Shown piece by piece: positions 23,496 through 37,329 of a stretch of DNA of 64,000 bases. Each line of letters begins with the position of its first letter. The stretch's first letter is position 1. The notes beneath the pieces were generated by a model. That model saw only the letters and a program-made list of their open reading frames with translations, had not been told where the DNA came from and did not search any database. The stretch comes from Octopus sinensis (taxonomy: Eukaryota). Where the stretch lies: positions 65,968,001-66,032,000 of the forward strand of contig NC_042998.1 of assembly GCF_006345805.1 (NCBI RefSeq), given 5' to 3'. A program made the position numbers and the translations under genes.

Positions 23496-26400
23496 TTGAC
23501 ACAGTTTTCAACTGCAATAGAAACACGCGAATAGCAATCTAATTAAACTTAAATGAATATATTTTAATGAGAACTAGGTCTAAAGTTTAAAGACAATAAT
23601 TTTAAATATTTCCATAAAGAAATCTTGACTGAATGGGCAGAAAGAGAAGATAAATGAATGAATTAATCGATGAGATGATGAAGAACGTTTAAATTACTTA
23701 TTTTTACGATCATCATGTCTCATTTAGCTGGATATCATTTTATGATTTTCTTCTTCTTCGGATATTAGCCAATGGACTGCAACCGCGCTTGGATTCCACA
23801 ATGAAGGATATTGTTAGTCGAATTGACTTTACGATTGTTTTAAGTCTAAATCTATTCAGTTTCTGTTGGTCTGAAATATTTCGTGAAATGTGCGGTAATG
23901 TGTCGGGTGGAATTTAAAGAAGAAACACCTCTCAACAAGTACCGTTACCGTGATCATCATCATCATCATCATACGAATGGATACCTTAAACGAATAGTTC
24001 ATGAGGTGCGGCGAGATTCCCAGCAATTCCACGTCGAAGAATATCAGAAGTTAATAATTACATATGTTTCAGAAGATTTTCTGCAGTTGATAATATTAAA
24101 TAGATAGCAGTGTTAAAACATAAAAGAAAATTAAAATAAGAAATCAATGGAAAAACTGTAAAGGGAATTCGCATATTTTAATTATTTTTTAAAGTATGCT
24201 ATCCAGTAGTAAGCGGAGACAATTTTGTTAATTGAAACTTTTAACTTCATTTTATTCTTTCCATAATTTGAAAGACTTCATTGATTGTGAATGATCTCCG
24301 TATTTTGTTATAGACATCCGTGTCTTTTTTCTGTGTCAGACTTCATGCTAATCACTCTCCATTCATCTTTAGTAACATATTTCTACTTTCTCAATCCACA
24401 TTTGCGCTCCAGTGAATCAATCCTTACTGACAAAAACGTCGACAAAGCACTCCAAAACTATCCAGCACAGTTACCAACAATGCAAATACACAATTCTACA
24501 CTTGGTATTAACTACAGCGCCACTAGCAGCAAAAGAGTGAACAAACAAAAAAATATGATGTAAGCAAAAAGTCAATGGAATAGTCACTGTTGGAATAGTC
24601 TAAGTTAGTTCTGTATAATTTCAGTTAACTAAACAATACTTAAGTCCTAATCCTTAGACATACTGACAAACACGTATATACACACATGCGCAAAAAGACT
24701 CTTATCTGTTTAAAACATTATAACAGTATAGCATAAACCCACATTACTCGAAGTCTACTTACATGTGAATGAATTTATGTCAACTACAATTAGGTTTTAC
24801 ATTTCCTTTTGTACTATGTGGTAAACAACATGTTTAAATGACCACTGCTTCAGTCAACTTATATGAAGTGTGTTATCGGTGACGAATAAATGTGCTTTTT
24901 AGAGTTGAGTCAATACATAGAGTATATTACGTCCTGCTATTTGCATTCCGTTAACTACTTTAAAAAAGTCGCTGACATACGTGAGGTATATTTGTCGCAG
25001 TGAGTACGGTTTTCCTCAATAACTTCTTGGTATAATTTTATTTATGGCTAAAAACACCAAAAATATTTATGCTCGACATTTCAAACATTGCTTTATGGTT
25101 CAGCAGTTATAAATCAGTAAATCCCAAAGGAAACCTAATTTATACATAAAACAAATTATTCGCAGGTATATCCAACTATAATATATCTATATTTTTATAT
25201 ATATTCTAGCCGGTGTTATTAAGAAAAAGTTTGCTATTTATTCTCAGATATATATAATGTAGACAGAAAGAAATACAACGAGGAACTAGCGAGTAATGGA
25301 ATTCATGGGAAATTAAGAATAAACTGTTGAATATCTCGCTGAATTTATATGTATAAAATGTGGAAGACATTTTGGTTATGACACTTTATTCTATATGCAG
25401 AGATAAAGGCCACAAATTTTTCAACTTACCCAGTGTCCTGATAATTTCCCCCTCTATGGTTTACAATGCATCCAGCACAGCACGCTACAAGTTATCAAAA
25501 TAATATGCACGCAAGAAGCTTGTATCAAAGCTATACAGATGCAACAAACGTAATCTATTTGTTTGTACTCTGCCGGAGTTATGATTAGCCAAGTGACTTT
25601 TTTATAGGCTAACCATTATTTTGATGTGTTATTTCATCGAAGTTCCTTCGGGAAAGGCATCAATAATATTCTCCATAATGATATGCGCGTCTGCAATCTC
25701 GAAGGCTGGGAAAGTCCCATCATTAGATGTTGTTTTATATACAGACACCGTTAAGAACAGTTAAGAACAGTCTTTGCCTCACTAGAAAACACCTGTCTGC
25801 AGAAATAACCATAGCATATCACTTTAGAACGTTACTAAATTTTCATACTCTTAATTGGCACATTGAAAGGAATTTTTGATATCATTTTGTCATGCATTTT
25901 ACGTTATATTTAGTATTGCTTTGCTAAATTCACAAGATTTGCGAATTTCTTTTTTCTAATGAAATCTCAGAAAAATAATTACGAGAGCACCTGTCTCACT
26001 TTTCTAATTTTTGAATTATAAATAGATGCATATTTTCATGCATTGCGTTTTAGGTTTATTGCTTGTTCTACGACACCTACACGCATACACGCACAGACAT
26101 GCACACGCACAAGTGTGTGTGTTCGTGTGAGTATGCATACATAAGCATGCAACATTTTATTACATATATATTCCCACCGATATGCATTCATAAATACAAC
26201 CACATTACATGTAAGTCATCAAAGGGTGGTTTCGTATCCATGAGTAACGGTATTCACTCTCACTTGTTTTACATAATTGTATATGTATAATGTAATGAAA
26301 TAACGCAGGTAACGCATAATTCTAGTTTTCTTCTCGTTCCTGTCTTTATGTTTGTATTTTCTCCAACTCACTTCCTCATATTCTGAGAGTAAGAATTCAT

Positions 26401-27004
26401 TGAGAGCTTACAAGTTGCAATGTCGAGACAATTTACTAGTGTCATATTTGATTTTGTTCAACACAAAATTTATCCATACGTGATTTGTTTGTCAATATCG
26501 AAAAGATTATTGGGTATGTGTTCCTTAATATATAACTTCCCTCTGAAGCTAGTTTTAGAATACCATGTAATCTTATGTGTAAGAACACTGAAAAACATTT
26601 AGCATTGTATATCATACGAATGATAACGCGACAAAAGTATTTTAGCTTCATAAACATGCTAACTGGAATCTCATTTGACTAATGTATTAAAATAGCAATG
26701 ATTTGAATAAAGGATAGACTCTCTATGGTTGTTAAATAGTCTTAGTAGTAAAAAGATCAATTTTAAATCACGTTAAGTTATTTATACTGGTCTACACTGA
26801 AAATGTTTTCATTGTTATGCTACATCAGTTAATAATCTTTAAGCATGAGGAACTTTACAAATTAAAGACGAAGAAAATTAGATGAAACTAGAGAGTAAAT
26901 TTTTTTTACGGGTTTCAATATACACAGTGTGTATTTGTGTGTATATTTGTGTGTGTGTGTTCATGTTTATAAAGACATAAATACTCAACCACCACACATA
27001 TACG

Positions 27005-27401
27005 CTTTTACTTGTTTCAGTCATGTGACTGCGACCATGCCGGAGCACCGCTTTTAATCGAGCAACTCGACCCCGGGACTTATTCTTTTGTAAGCCCAGT
27101 ACTTATTTTATCGGTCTCTTTTTCCGAACCGCTAAGTAACGGGGACATAAACACACCAGCATCGGTTGTCAAGCAATGCTAGGGGGACAAATACAGACAC
27201 ACAAACACACACACGCATATATATATATACATATATACGATGGGCTTCTTTCAGTTTCCGTCTACCAAATCCACTCACAAGGCTTTGGTCGGCCCGAGGC
27301 TATAGTAGAAGACACTTCCCCAATGTGCCACGCAGTGGGATTGAACCCGGAACCATGTGGTTGGTAAACAATCTACTTACCACACAGCCATACCTGCGCC
27401 T
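27005..27401 (-). mobile_element. SINE family B, full length
   Basis: Reverse complement ggcgcaggtatggctgtgtggtaagtagattgtttaccaaccacatggttccgggttcaatccc (A and B boxes), then an internal TA/CA hinge and the tail cgcagtcacatgactgaaacaagtaaaag. Confidence 0.9.
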
Positions 27402-28086
27402 ATATATGTGTATTATGTATACTTCTATACATAGACATATACCCCTCTACACACACACACACAAATCCACATTGGAAATGACGTGTAAAAAATTACAGCA
27501 AATGACATGACAAATAAACAGAAGGAAAAACAGAAACGCACATCGACCGCAAACAAACACAATCCCTCATCATTTCTTCACCAAATATCACTATTTCCAC
27601 AATTTTTGACAATGCATATGCCTTAAGTACACTATCAATCGGGCTGAAGGAAAATAAATATTAGTTAATATATACATATCTGAATAAGCATTTTTACATT
27701 GCGTTTTAGCAAATATTAATATTATTTTCACGCAGAAACAAAATCTATACTATAGTCCAGAAGAAAATGTCTCATAAATTCCATCTTAGTCCAAACGATA
27801 ATTGGAATTTAGATGACGTTACATATCACATATTTTTCATTGAAATATGTTTGGATAATATATTTATTTATTTTACGGTTGACTTTTGACTCAAATAGGA
27901 ATTTCTAAATTCTATGAGAATTTTGCTTTCCTTCTTAAAACTATAATCCATTTTCTTTGAAGTAAATAAGTATCTTCTAAGTATCGCTCATGTTTTCATT
28001 TGTATTTGTTCCCTTCATCTCAACAATTTTCTCGTATAACAAACGTATGGTATATATTAATACCAATAACAACTACAATATATATA

Positions 28087-28135
<49 letters not shown>

Positions 28136-28653
28136 ATATATGTGTGGGTATATATTAGTTAGTGTGTGCTCCGAAAATTAGTACAATAACTAGCATGAAA
28201 GAAAAACAATATACAAGAGAGCGAAATAAAATAGCAAGCAAAGAGATGTACATATGAATTATAAGGAGACATAATTAAATTATGTCTTACACACCTGAAA
28301 TCCACAGGTATATTAGATAAATCGGAAGAAAGAAACTAATTCTTGTAGTAACATTATTAAGCGGATTTGACATAAGATATATAAGATGAACGTATTCAAA
28401 AGATTACACAAATGATGTTTCTTTTTAAAACGTTACCTGATTACATATTCCTATGAGTATGTATGAGTATATTCAAACATATATACATACAAACATGTAC
28501 AAATTGACATATGTCTATGCAAACAGTTTATATATTTTTACCACATTTTCTATTTATTCCTATGAGTATGTATGTCTATATGCATGCATATATGCATACA
28601 TAAACAACTATACATATATATTTGCATATATATATTATATGTATTATATATAC

Positions 28654-28687
<34 letters not shown>

Positions 28688-28688
<1 letters not shown>

Positions 28689-28742
28689 GTGCTACAGCAT
28701 GGCCGCAGTCAAATGACTGAAACAAATAAAAGAATAAAAGAA
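28688..28742 (+). mobile_element. SINE family B tail only
   Basis: ggtgctacagcatggccgcagtcaaatgactgaaacaaataaaagaataaaag. Confidence 0.75.
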
Positions 28743-29564
28743 TGTATATATACATATATATATAAAATAAAAAATAAGCAAACGGTTTATATAGTTTTAT
28801 TATATTTTTATTATATTTTGAAGTGAAAGATTATTGGGTTTGTCGACCAGATTCGCTTTCGTTTATCATGATATTGAAATTATTGTACTTTCGTATTTTC
28901 TTCAGAAGACTTTAATCTGTGCACTGGGTTTTGCGAATGGAATGAACCAACAGGTAGATAAATGTAATGGGAGGAAACTGGTAATTGATATTATTCGGGA
29001 CAGAGGATGTATTCGCTCATTTTCAGAGGAGGGGGGAAATAATTATACTAAAAAAATATCCTTATCAAAAATTTACTTATCGACAAGTACAGAACACGTC
29101 TGAATATGAATTCATAACGAACTTTGATCGCTCTTCATATTTTAGTCATTGTTCACATACACATCATTGTAAATACATCATCTCACTATTTTAGCAATTG
29201 AGTCTTTATATATTTATTTACCCCTCCTGCCAAAAATGATTAATTACCTCTTCTTTCCAGTATAATAACGATCACGGAATACCTCCCCTTAGGTTTGTCT
29301 ACCTCTTCATCTCATTCACAAACCCCGATACAAAACATGGACTACAATCTTCTTACGAATGTACAAAATTACAATGATTTCAATGTCATGATTAGGGAAA
29401 GGGAAATCGGTCGTAAAACCAATACTATTTCACATATAACATTATTAGAATATATTTTAAAACAATGTGAACTATGTGCATTTTCTTTCTTTTCTTATAC
29501 ACACACACACACACACACACACGTACATATGTATATATATATATATATAATTTTTTTATTCATT

Positions 29565-29846
29565 TATTCCTTTACTTATTTCAGTCATTTGGCTCTGCGG
29601 CCATGCTGGAGTACCAGCCTTAGTTGAAGAAATCGACCACAGGAATTATTCTTTGTAAGCCTGGTACTTATTCTATCCGGCCGTTTTAACGAACCGCTAT
29701 GTAACGAGGATGTAAGAACACCAGCAGCAGTTGTCAGGCGATGGTGGGTGACACGCAAACACACAAATACTTACACACACACATACACACACACACATAC
29801 ATACATATATATATATATATATTATATATATATTATATATATATTA

Positions 29847-29878
<32 letters not shown>

Positions 29879-30023
29879 CGAAGGGGCTTCTTTCTGTTTC
29901 GGCATACTAAATCCACTCACAAGGCTTTGGTCGGCCCAAAGATATTGTAGAAGACACCTACCTAAGGTGCCAGGAAGTGAGATTGAACCAGGAACCTACC
30001 AATTTACCACACAGCTACGCCTG

Positions 30024-30027
<4 letters not shown>
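29565..30027 (-). mobile_element. SINE family B, full length
   Basis: Same head, hinge and tail as 27005-27401. Confidence 0.85.
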
Positions 30028-30065
<38 letters not shown>

Positions 30066-30165
30066 TAAAAAGTAAAGATAGAAAATGCTGAAATAAATTT
30101 ATTCTGCCTGTCTCGGTCTCTTTTGTATACTCTTGTGGGTTCGAATTCGTGTGAATTCTTGGTAG

Positions 30166-30340
30166 GGAAGAAGAAGAAGAAGAAGAAGAAGAAGAAGAAG
30201 AAGAAGAAGAAGAAGAAGAAGAAGAAGAAGAAGAAGAAGAAGAAGAAGAGAAGAAGAAGAAGAAGAAGAAGAAGAAGAAGAAGAAGAAGAAGAAGAAGAA
30301 GAAGAAGAAGAAGAAGAAGAAGGAAGAGGAGGAGAAGAAA
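30166..30340. repeat. (GAA)n microsatellite
   Basis: Direct reading. Confidence 0.95.
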
Positions 30341-31700
30341 AATGCGGGAGTGCCATGATAGTAGTAGGAAGTTAAATGGTGAAGTGCCTTGAATGTGACT
30401 TTTTGTGGATGGTAGTAGTGATTGAATTCTTGAGATATTTGTTTGATTGTATTGTTTATAAAATTTGCGTAGGTGTTATTCTAAACAGTAATAGTGGTAA
30501 AGTTGGGAAGAAGGTGCAGGAGAGGATGAAGACGAGGTAGAAGGAGAAAGACAAGGGAGAATAAAAAGGAATGTAGGTCGTATGATATTAGTAGGATGTT
30601 AAATGGTCAAGTGACCTAAAAGTGATAGTTATGGATTATAGCAGCCGTTGGGAATGTTTTTAATGAATTCTTGTGAATATCTTGAGTGTATCAATTTTAA
30701 TATTTGCGTGTGTGTTTGTGTTATTCTAAGGCCGTGATGGATATGTCATTTGTTGTAGATGAGTTCAAAAGGCGTCAGTATTTTGTAATAAAGAGAGTCT
30801 CTTTACTAATTCGTTGGCTACAGGTAATATCGTCCCTGAATTGGTAGAGGGGAACAATTCTGAAACTTGACTATTTGGTATTGGCGCAAACGTCGATGTG
30901 TTGGCTGAATGCCATTTTTCTGTTTTGGGGTATTTTGATCTGGGATCTGTGCAGAGACATCTTTTGACGTAGACTGCTTTTGTTTGACCTATGTATTGCT
31001 CTTGATACCCAGGGCAGGTTAGTTCGTATACCAGGTCCCCAGAAGGACATGTGAAATTGATTTTCACTGTGAAACGTTGTCCTTGTTTGAAGGAGAACTC
31101 TGATCCCTCTATTAAATTGACGCATATCCCATAGTTGGGTGCTCCGCATATTTTACTGACGGCTACAGCGTTGTTGCTGAGTGTATTCGGGCTTGGCCTA
31201 GGAGACTTTTCGTAGATTTTGGTTATCTCTTGCTTTTTTGATGGTGTGTGTTGGAGGATTAAGTTCATTCTGTGGTCCTATTTTAGCAGGGAAATGTTTC
31301 GAAGGACCGTGTCGAATGCTTCATTGTTAAAAGGATTGTGTGTGGAAATATCTGGTAGGGCTTTTGGCTGGAAATCCTTCTTTAATTTGGGATGTATGTG
31401 TTCCTGAAAGTTGAGTTGAAGGGACGTTGAAAACATATGTGAATTAGAAAAGATGGGTAGTTCCTGGTGGTGAGTCATCCTTTAGTTCATGTGGTCGTCT
31501 GTCTTCGGTGTTTGCATTAGAAACTATAGTACATATCCTTTTTGCTAGGTTGAAAGGGATATTCAATCGGTGTGTCTGGCGTGGCATGAATTGAACGGTA
31601 GATATTGTTTAGGGTCCGTGGGCTTATAGTATATATCTGTTTGTATTACGTTGTCAGATTTCTTAATGAGGATGTCGAGAAGGGAAGTTATTAATGGGAA
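30340..31700 (-). mobile_element. Penelope-like element: RT C-terminus, linker, GIY-YIG and 3' pLTR, decayed
   Basis: LDILIKKSDNVIQTDIYYKPTDPKQYLPFNSCH (PLE RT end); FTCPSGDLVYELTCPGYQEQYIGQTK/SSLRQKMSLHRSQIK (GIY-YIG). Confidence 0.9.
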
Positions 31701-31750
31701 TATAATATAATATAATTTAATATATATATATATATATATATTATTATATA

Positions 31751-31811
<61 letters not shown>

Positions 31812-31817
31812 TGTATG

Positions 31818-31848
<31 letters not shown>

Positions 31849-32145
31849 TATATATAAACAAACTTGCGATTTCTACAGTCTTTATAAGAGATGTTAATAA
31901 CAATAATGACAAGTAATGTCTGTTTTCTCTTCAACGTGACTGTTGCGAACGGAAAAATATTACATTTTGTTAACAAGAGGAGAATAAATTCTGCGGCTTG
32001 TTAACGAGATAACCTGCTGGAAATATATTGGACACAGGTTGTATCTTTAAGCAGCTAGTGAAGATATTCTCCTGCGCTTAAAAACATGGTAGTAACTCAG
32101 TTCCGTATGGAACAAACATGTTCAAGTGACAACTAGCATTTTAAT

Positions 32146-32221
<76 letters not shown>

Positions 32222-32228
<7 letters not shown>

Positions 32229-32500
32229 CATTGTGAGATTGTAAAATTATGTTTTTTACCAAATAAAGACACGCACTGTACATTTATGCTCCACCTGTTT
32301 CTTTCTATTTTTATTCTAACTCATGTCCATTGTCCGGAAATATCTCGCCTCACATCTGTGATCTCTTTTCGTCTTCGTGTGTTCTCTTGATCAAATCATT
32401 TCATTCCGACAGAGAAAAATTACCGTCCCGAAATACAACAATATCTGTTTCAAAACACGACTTCACATCAGGTGTCTTGTAGCACAAATTAATAAACTTT
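32222..32500. mobile_element. Probable Penelope-type pseudo-LTR fragment between (TA)n tracts
   Basis: CT-rich body with a decayed CTGATG...GAAAC motif on the minus strand. Confidence 0.4.
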
Positions 32501-33682
32501 TGTATATATATATATATATTTATATATATATGCATGCTCATACATAATACATCTCAATGCGCAACCAGTTATAGTCACTATTCTTATTATTCGCACTTCA
32601 CCATTATCACTTTCCTTATTTCCGGTCAATCTCCGTTAAAATATATTAAGAGAAACCACATGCTATTAACCTGTTTAATTTCTACTTCCTTCTCCAATTT
32701 ACTCCAGTCTTTATTTTGAAAACAAACAAGTTTTCGAAACGTTATTGTTGTCTTTAATTTTATCCATTATCTAATGAATGCATACACGCAGGTAAATACA
32801 TACACAAATACGCAGACAGACAGACAGACAGACAGACAGACACACACACACACACACACACACATACTTATATAAATATATCTGTGTGGCATGTGGCTGT
32901 GTGTGTATTCCATACAGGTAAACCGATGTAAATCAGTGTGTTCAAGAAGAACCTGTTTCAATTAATTACTCCTCATTATCTATGTTATTTAACGATATTT
33001 CATTATGCTGGTTACAATGGATGGCAATAATAAACGTATATTTGATTTTAAAGAATTGTAAGTATTGTTTTAGGAAAATAATTAAAACGATTATAATAGT
33101 TCCAGAATATATATCTCTGACTTCACACCTTTTGTTTTTATATTGTGAGCGATATGAGAGTGCAGACGGTAAAATAATGTGGACGGTTACTTGACAACTA
33201 ACCATCAGATTTGATTAGTCTATATATATTTATTTAAGTGTGAAAAAAGTTCTTGGCATTGTACAAATAATGTCTGGAGAAAATTAAATTCCACGTAGTC
33301 ACATCATTAAAACGAAGAACACTTTTTAAGTACCGAATTGAGAGAAGCATATATTTTATTAGCAATCAGCAGAAATAATTTAAATTCCTCTGTGTATCAT
33401 GTTTTGGCACCACATCAAACTACATAGCAAATAATCACCAGGAAACTGTCCTTTGGCAGCAAAATAGAACAAGGTTAAAGAGATCAATTAAGAAATTTTG
33501 TCAGCATTTGAAGATTTATTTCAATCCACAGTGAGCACATAAACTATTTCACAGACATCAACTTAAATCACACGATCAGTGATTTAATCACAAACATATA
33601 TAATCATTCTAGCATTAAGAAATATCCATTCATTATGATACAGCCAACACTTCCAGCAAATGCACGTGGAACATTCCTGAGT

Positions 33683-33687
33683 ATCTC

Positions 33688-33723
<36 letters not shown>

Positions 33724-33738
33724 CAGACTATATATATA

Positions 33739-33818
<80 letters not shown>

Positions 33819-33821
33819 ATG

Positions 33822-33878
<57 letters not shown>

Positions 33879-33889
33879 ATACACATATG

Positions 33890-33979
<90 letters not shown>

Positions 33980-34010
33980 GTATGAATATATATGTATGTA
34001 TGTATATAGG
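33683..34010. repeat. (TATC)n/(TA)n microsatellite
   Basis: Direct reading. Confidence 0.95.
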
Positions 34011-34523
34011 CTGGTTCAAATGTAGGTTTACTGTTATCCCGTAGGCACTTTAAATTCCTTTTAAATCATTTTATTGCATTTAAATTTCTGTCTTACAATT
34101 AACCAAATTAGCATAGATTAATGATAGAATAACGACTTGATATCTTGCTCAGTGATTTGATATAACTTAGTTCTCCATTTTCAAGATAAGCGACGGTTCG
34201 TTGCTGTCAAAAGCCTGTAGTATTTTGCGAGTGGGGTGAGTTTTCCTCACTAGCTGGTGATTAACACACGCTGAGGACGGGCAACCAGCAAGAATCAAGT
34301 CTGTGTGTATCACGTAAGGCTATGGATGGGCGCGATGACCTCTCCTAGAAAATACTAATCGGACATAGAATGTGAGTCGTTAGGCAGCTGGAATAGATAT
34401 CTTCCTGGGGCTATAAACGTAAGTATCAGTGTCCCGTATAGGACGCCACACATGGTTGGCATTTATAAAGTATGATCCTGTATTGCTACAGTTTACATCT
34501 CGCTCAGTGATTTAATATAGCCA

Positions 34524-34565
<42 letters not shown>

Positions 34566-34719
34566 TTGTGTGCGTGCGTGTGTTTGTGTGTATGTATATA
34601 TGTATATACATATATAATTGAATTTTATATAAAAACAAAAGACGAAGACAAGTGTAATAACAGCTAGAAAGTGTATCAGTTTGGTGTTTGGTAAAATGAG
34701 CAAGTCTTTTCCATTTCGA

Positions 34720-35605
34720 TCCTACAATGTCCATGCTGGCATGGGTTGGACAGGTTGACCAGGGTTGACGAGTGTTGACCGGGGTTGGCAAGCTGGAAGG
34801 TTGCACCAGACTCCATTCTTATTTGTCTTGGTTTTCTGCGGCTTGATGCCCTTCCTAACGCCAACCACTCCGAGAGTGTAAAGGGTGCCTTTACATGCCA
34901 CAGGCACGGGTGCCATTTGCGTGGCACAAATTTCTGCCATGTCTGAGATTTTACTTAGCCTGATGGGTCATCTTGTCAAGCACGACATAATGCCAAAGGT
35001 TTCGGTCATTCTCGCATTGCCGCCGTAAGGCCCAGCCCTAGTAAGGAGCTTTTCACGTGTCACTGTCGTAGACCACATTGACACCGTAAGATCCAACTCT
35101 TGAAAGTGGCTTTTCACGTGCCAGTTACGTGACACCAGTATCGGCTACGACTACGATTTCAGTTGGATTCTAGAGCACAACAAAGGCAACTAATCGTTGG
35201 ATTCTAGAGAACAACAAAGGCAACTAATCGTTGCCTTTGTGGGGCTGAAAGTTCAAAGATCATGCTTCACCACCTGGACCCATGTCTTCCTGGGTCAACA
35301 GTTTCCATCTTCAGTTAGAGATCACTACGTTTTTATGCATATGTCCTCATTCATGCGCATCACATGACCATACCAGTGCAGTCTTCTCTCTTGAACATTA
35401 CATCTGACGCCTCTTAGGCTCAAATTTTCTTTCACGATGATTAGACTTTGTTGTGCACACACACGGACATTGCACATCCACCTAAGCATACAGGCTTCAT
35501 TTCTGTGAATCCTACGCATTTTCTCGGCTGTCACAGCCCATGTTTCACTGCCATGTAGCATATGTCTTCCCACACAAGCATCATACAATCTACTTTTCAA
35601 AATTG
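34720..35605 (-). mobile_element. RTE-clade LINE 3' fragment with 3' UTR
   Basis: RLYDACV...MLHGSETWAVT...RNEACMLRWMCNV...RRLHWYGHVMRM, the RTE C-terminal domain. Confidence 0.85.
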
Positions 35606-35619
35606 TTCGATTCGGATTC

Positions 35620-35960
35620 CTTGCAACTTAAAGTTTCAAAGCCCCAAACAGAGTCTTCCCATATGCCTGTGGAATTCCACCGGCCTGAGGAAGAACCCGG
35701 TTACGGGCTTTGAAACTTTAACTAGCAGAGACTTGAAATCAAACTGTTTTGGATAATACATGGAAATCCAAATAAATCTATTGTTTATCCACTCAGTCAC
35801 ACACACAAACACACAGAGAATGAGATAAAAATCCAAGGCTGTGAAAGATTTCAGAACATTTACAAATAGGTCGTACAGCTGTTTCCGGGATATTTTGTAT
35901 ATTCCTTCGTCGGAGACGGTGTGAGGAGATGGTTAAGCGATAGTTATTCGAGATAGTTAT
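35620..35960. mobile_element. Penelope-type terminal remnants with two decayed hammerhead motifs
   Basis: + strand CTGAGGA-A-GAACCCG.GTTA.CGGGCTTT-GAAAC at 35685-35716; - strand CCGACGA...GAAA-CAGCTG-TA at 35870-35918. Confidence 0.5.
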
Positions 35961-37185
35961 TCGATATGAAATAGAGAGAGTGAAGTGGAGGAATGAAAGT
36001 AGAAGTGAGATATGCAGGGATATTGTATCGTTAGTTCCATTATTTAGGCAGAATGGTATACATGTAAGTTTCCAGTAATTGTGAGTAAGTTCTAAAAGTA
36101 TTTAATATGTGTGTGTGTGTGTGTGTATGTATCACTAAAGTAATAACGGTCTCTAAACAGCACCAGCATTGATAGAAATAAGAGCTAAAACAAATCAATA
36201 GCCACAGAAGCAGTATCTTAATGAACAGACAAGGGAAGCAACTCCCTACAGCAGCAGGTATAGCCAGATCATCGATGCTTACCCATTTTAATGGTCATCG
36301 GTGACTCTCACAGCATCAAGGATTAAACTTAGCTCATCATGTCAGTTTATAAGATTTCCGTTGAAATCATAACGCTGATTTCACAAACAGTAAAAAAGAA
36401 AATATTAATAATATGGATGGCTAATTCGCAATTTAACAACCTAGATGCAGAAATACATACGTGACTAAAGTGACAAACGGCACTAACCAATAGCAATATT
36501 GCTAGAAATAATAGTCAAAGTAACACAATAGTCACATAAAGCATTAACTTAAGGACTGACAAGGGCAGATACAAGGTGTTCAAAGAGTCTCTCCGCAGCG
36601 AATTCAGCCGAGGAAGTGCTCAAACGGCAGTAAAAAGAAATTTATTTTATGTATTGAAAAATCAAGGACGACACATTCAACACTTCTTATAAAATTTTTG
36701 AAATGTCTCGAGAAGACTTCTTTTGTAGTCTTATAATATCGTATAAATATGTATTTTGCAATAAAATTCTTACTGGGGGAGACTTTTTGAACATCGTATA
36801 TAACCAGACCATCGAATAATTTTGCACTTTGGTGCTTGACACATCTTAATGCTTAGTGGTGGCTCTCACCGCGCTTATCGTTCAACTCCGCTCGCCTTGT
36901 CAGTTTATATGATTTGAAATCATAGAGTATTTCACTCTTTTCCTTGTTTAAGTTATTTGACTCAGGACATGCTGGAGCACAGCCTTTAGTCGAGCAAATC
37001 GAGGCCAGGACGTATTCTTTGTACGCCTAGTACTTATTCTATTGTTCCCTTTTGCCGAACCGCTAAGTTATAGGGACGTAAACACACAAGCATCTGTTGT
37101 CAAGCGATGTTGGGGGGGCAAACACAGACACACAAGCATATACACACGCATACATAGATACATACATCCATACATATATACATAC

Positions 37186-37241
<56 letters not shown>

Positions 37242-37329
37242 ATATATATATATAAGCAAGGAAAAATTGTAAAAATGCAGAATGCTCGATTGAAAGAAAA
37301 TTTTAATGAATTGAGAAAATAAAAAAATA

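Noticed and set aside
23883-24107. 74-aa ORF with a His6 run
   Set aside because: GTG start, the run comes from a (CAT)n repeat, and there is no recognisable domain
25430-25800. Possible piggyBac relic or exon (CLSRRNFDEI; GG|GTAAGT on the minus strand)
   Set aside because: One weak motif and stops in all frames; cannot be supported
30099-30392. Poly-Ser/Leu and poly-Lys/Arg ORFs (also 6711, 10295, 40116)
   Set aside because: Trinucleotide microsatellite artefacts
32705-32745. TTGAAAA…GAAACGTTA hammerhead-like string
   Set aside because: Stem II is imperfect and there is no stem I complementarity
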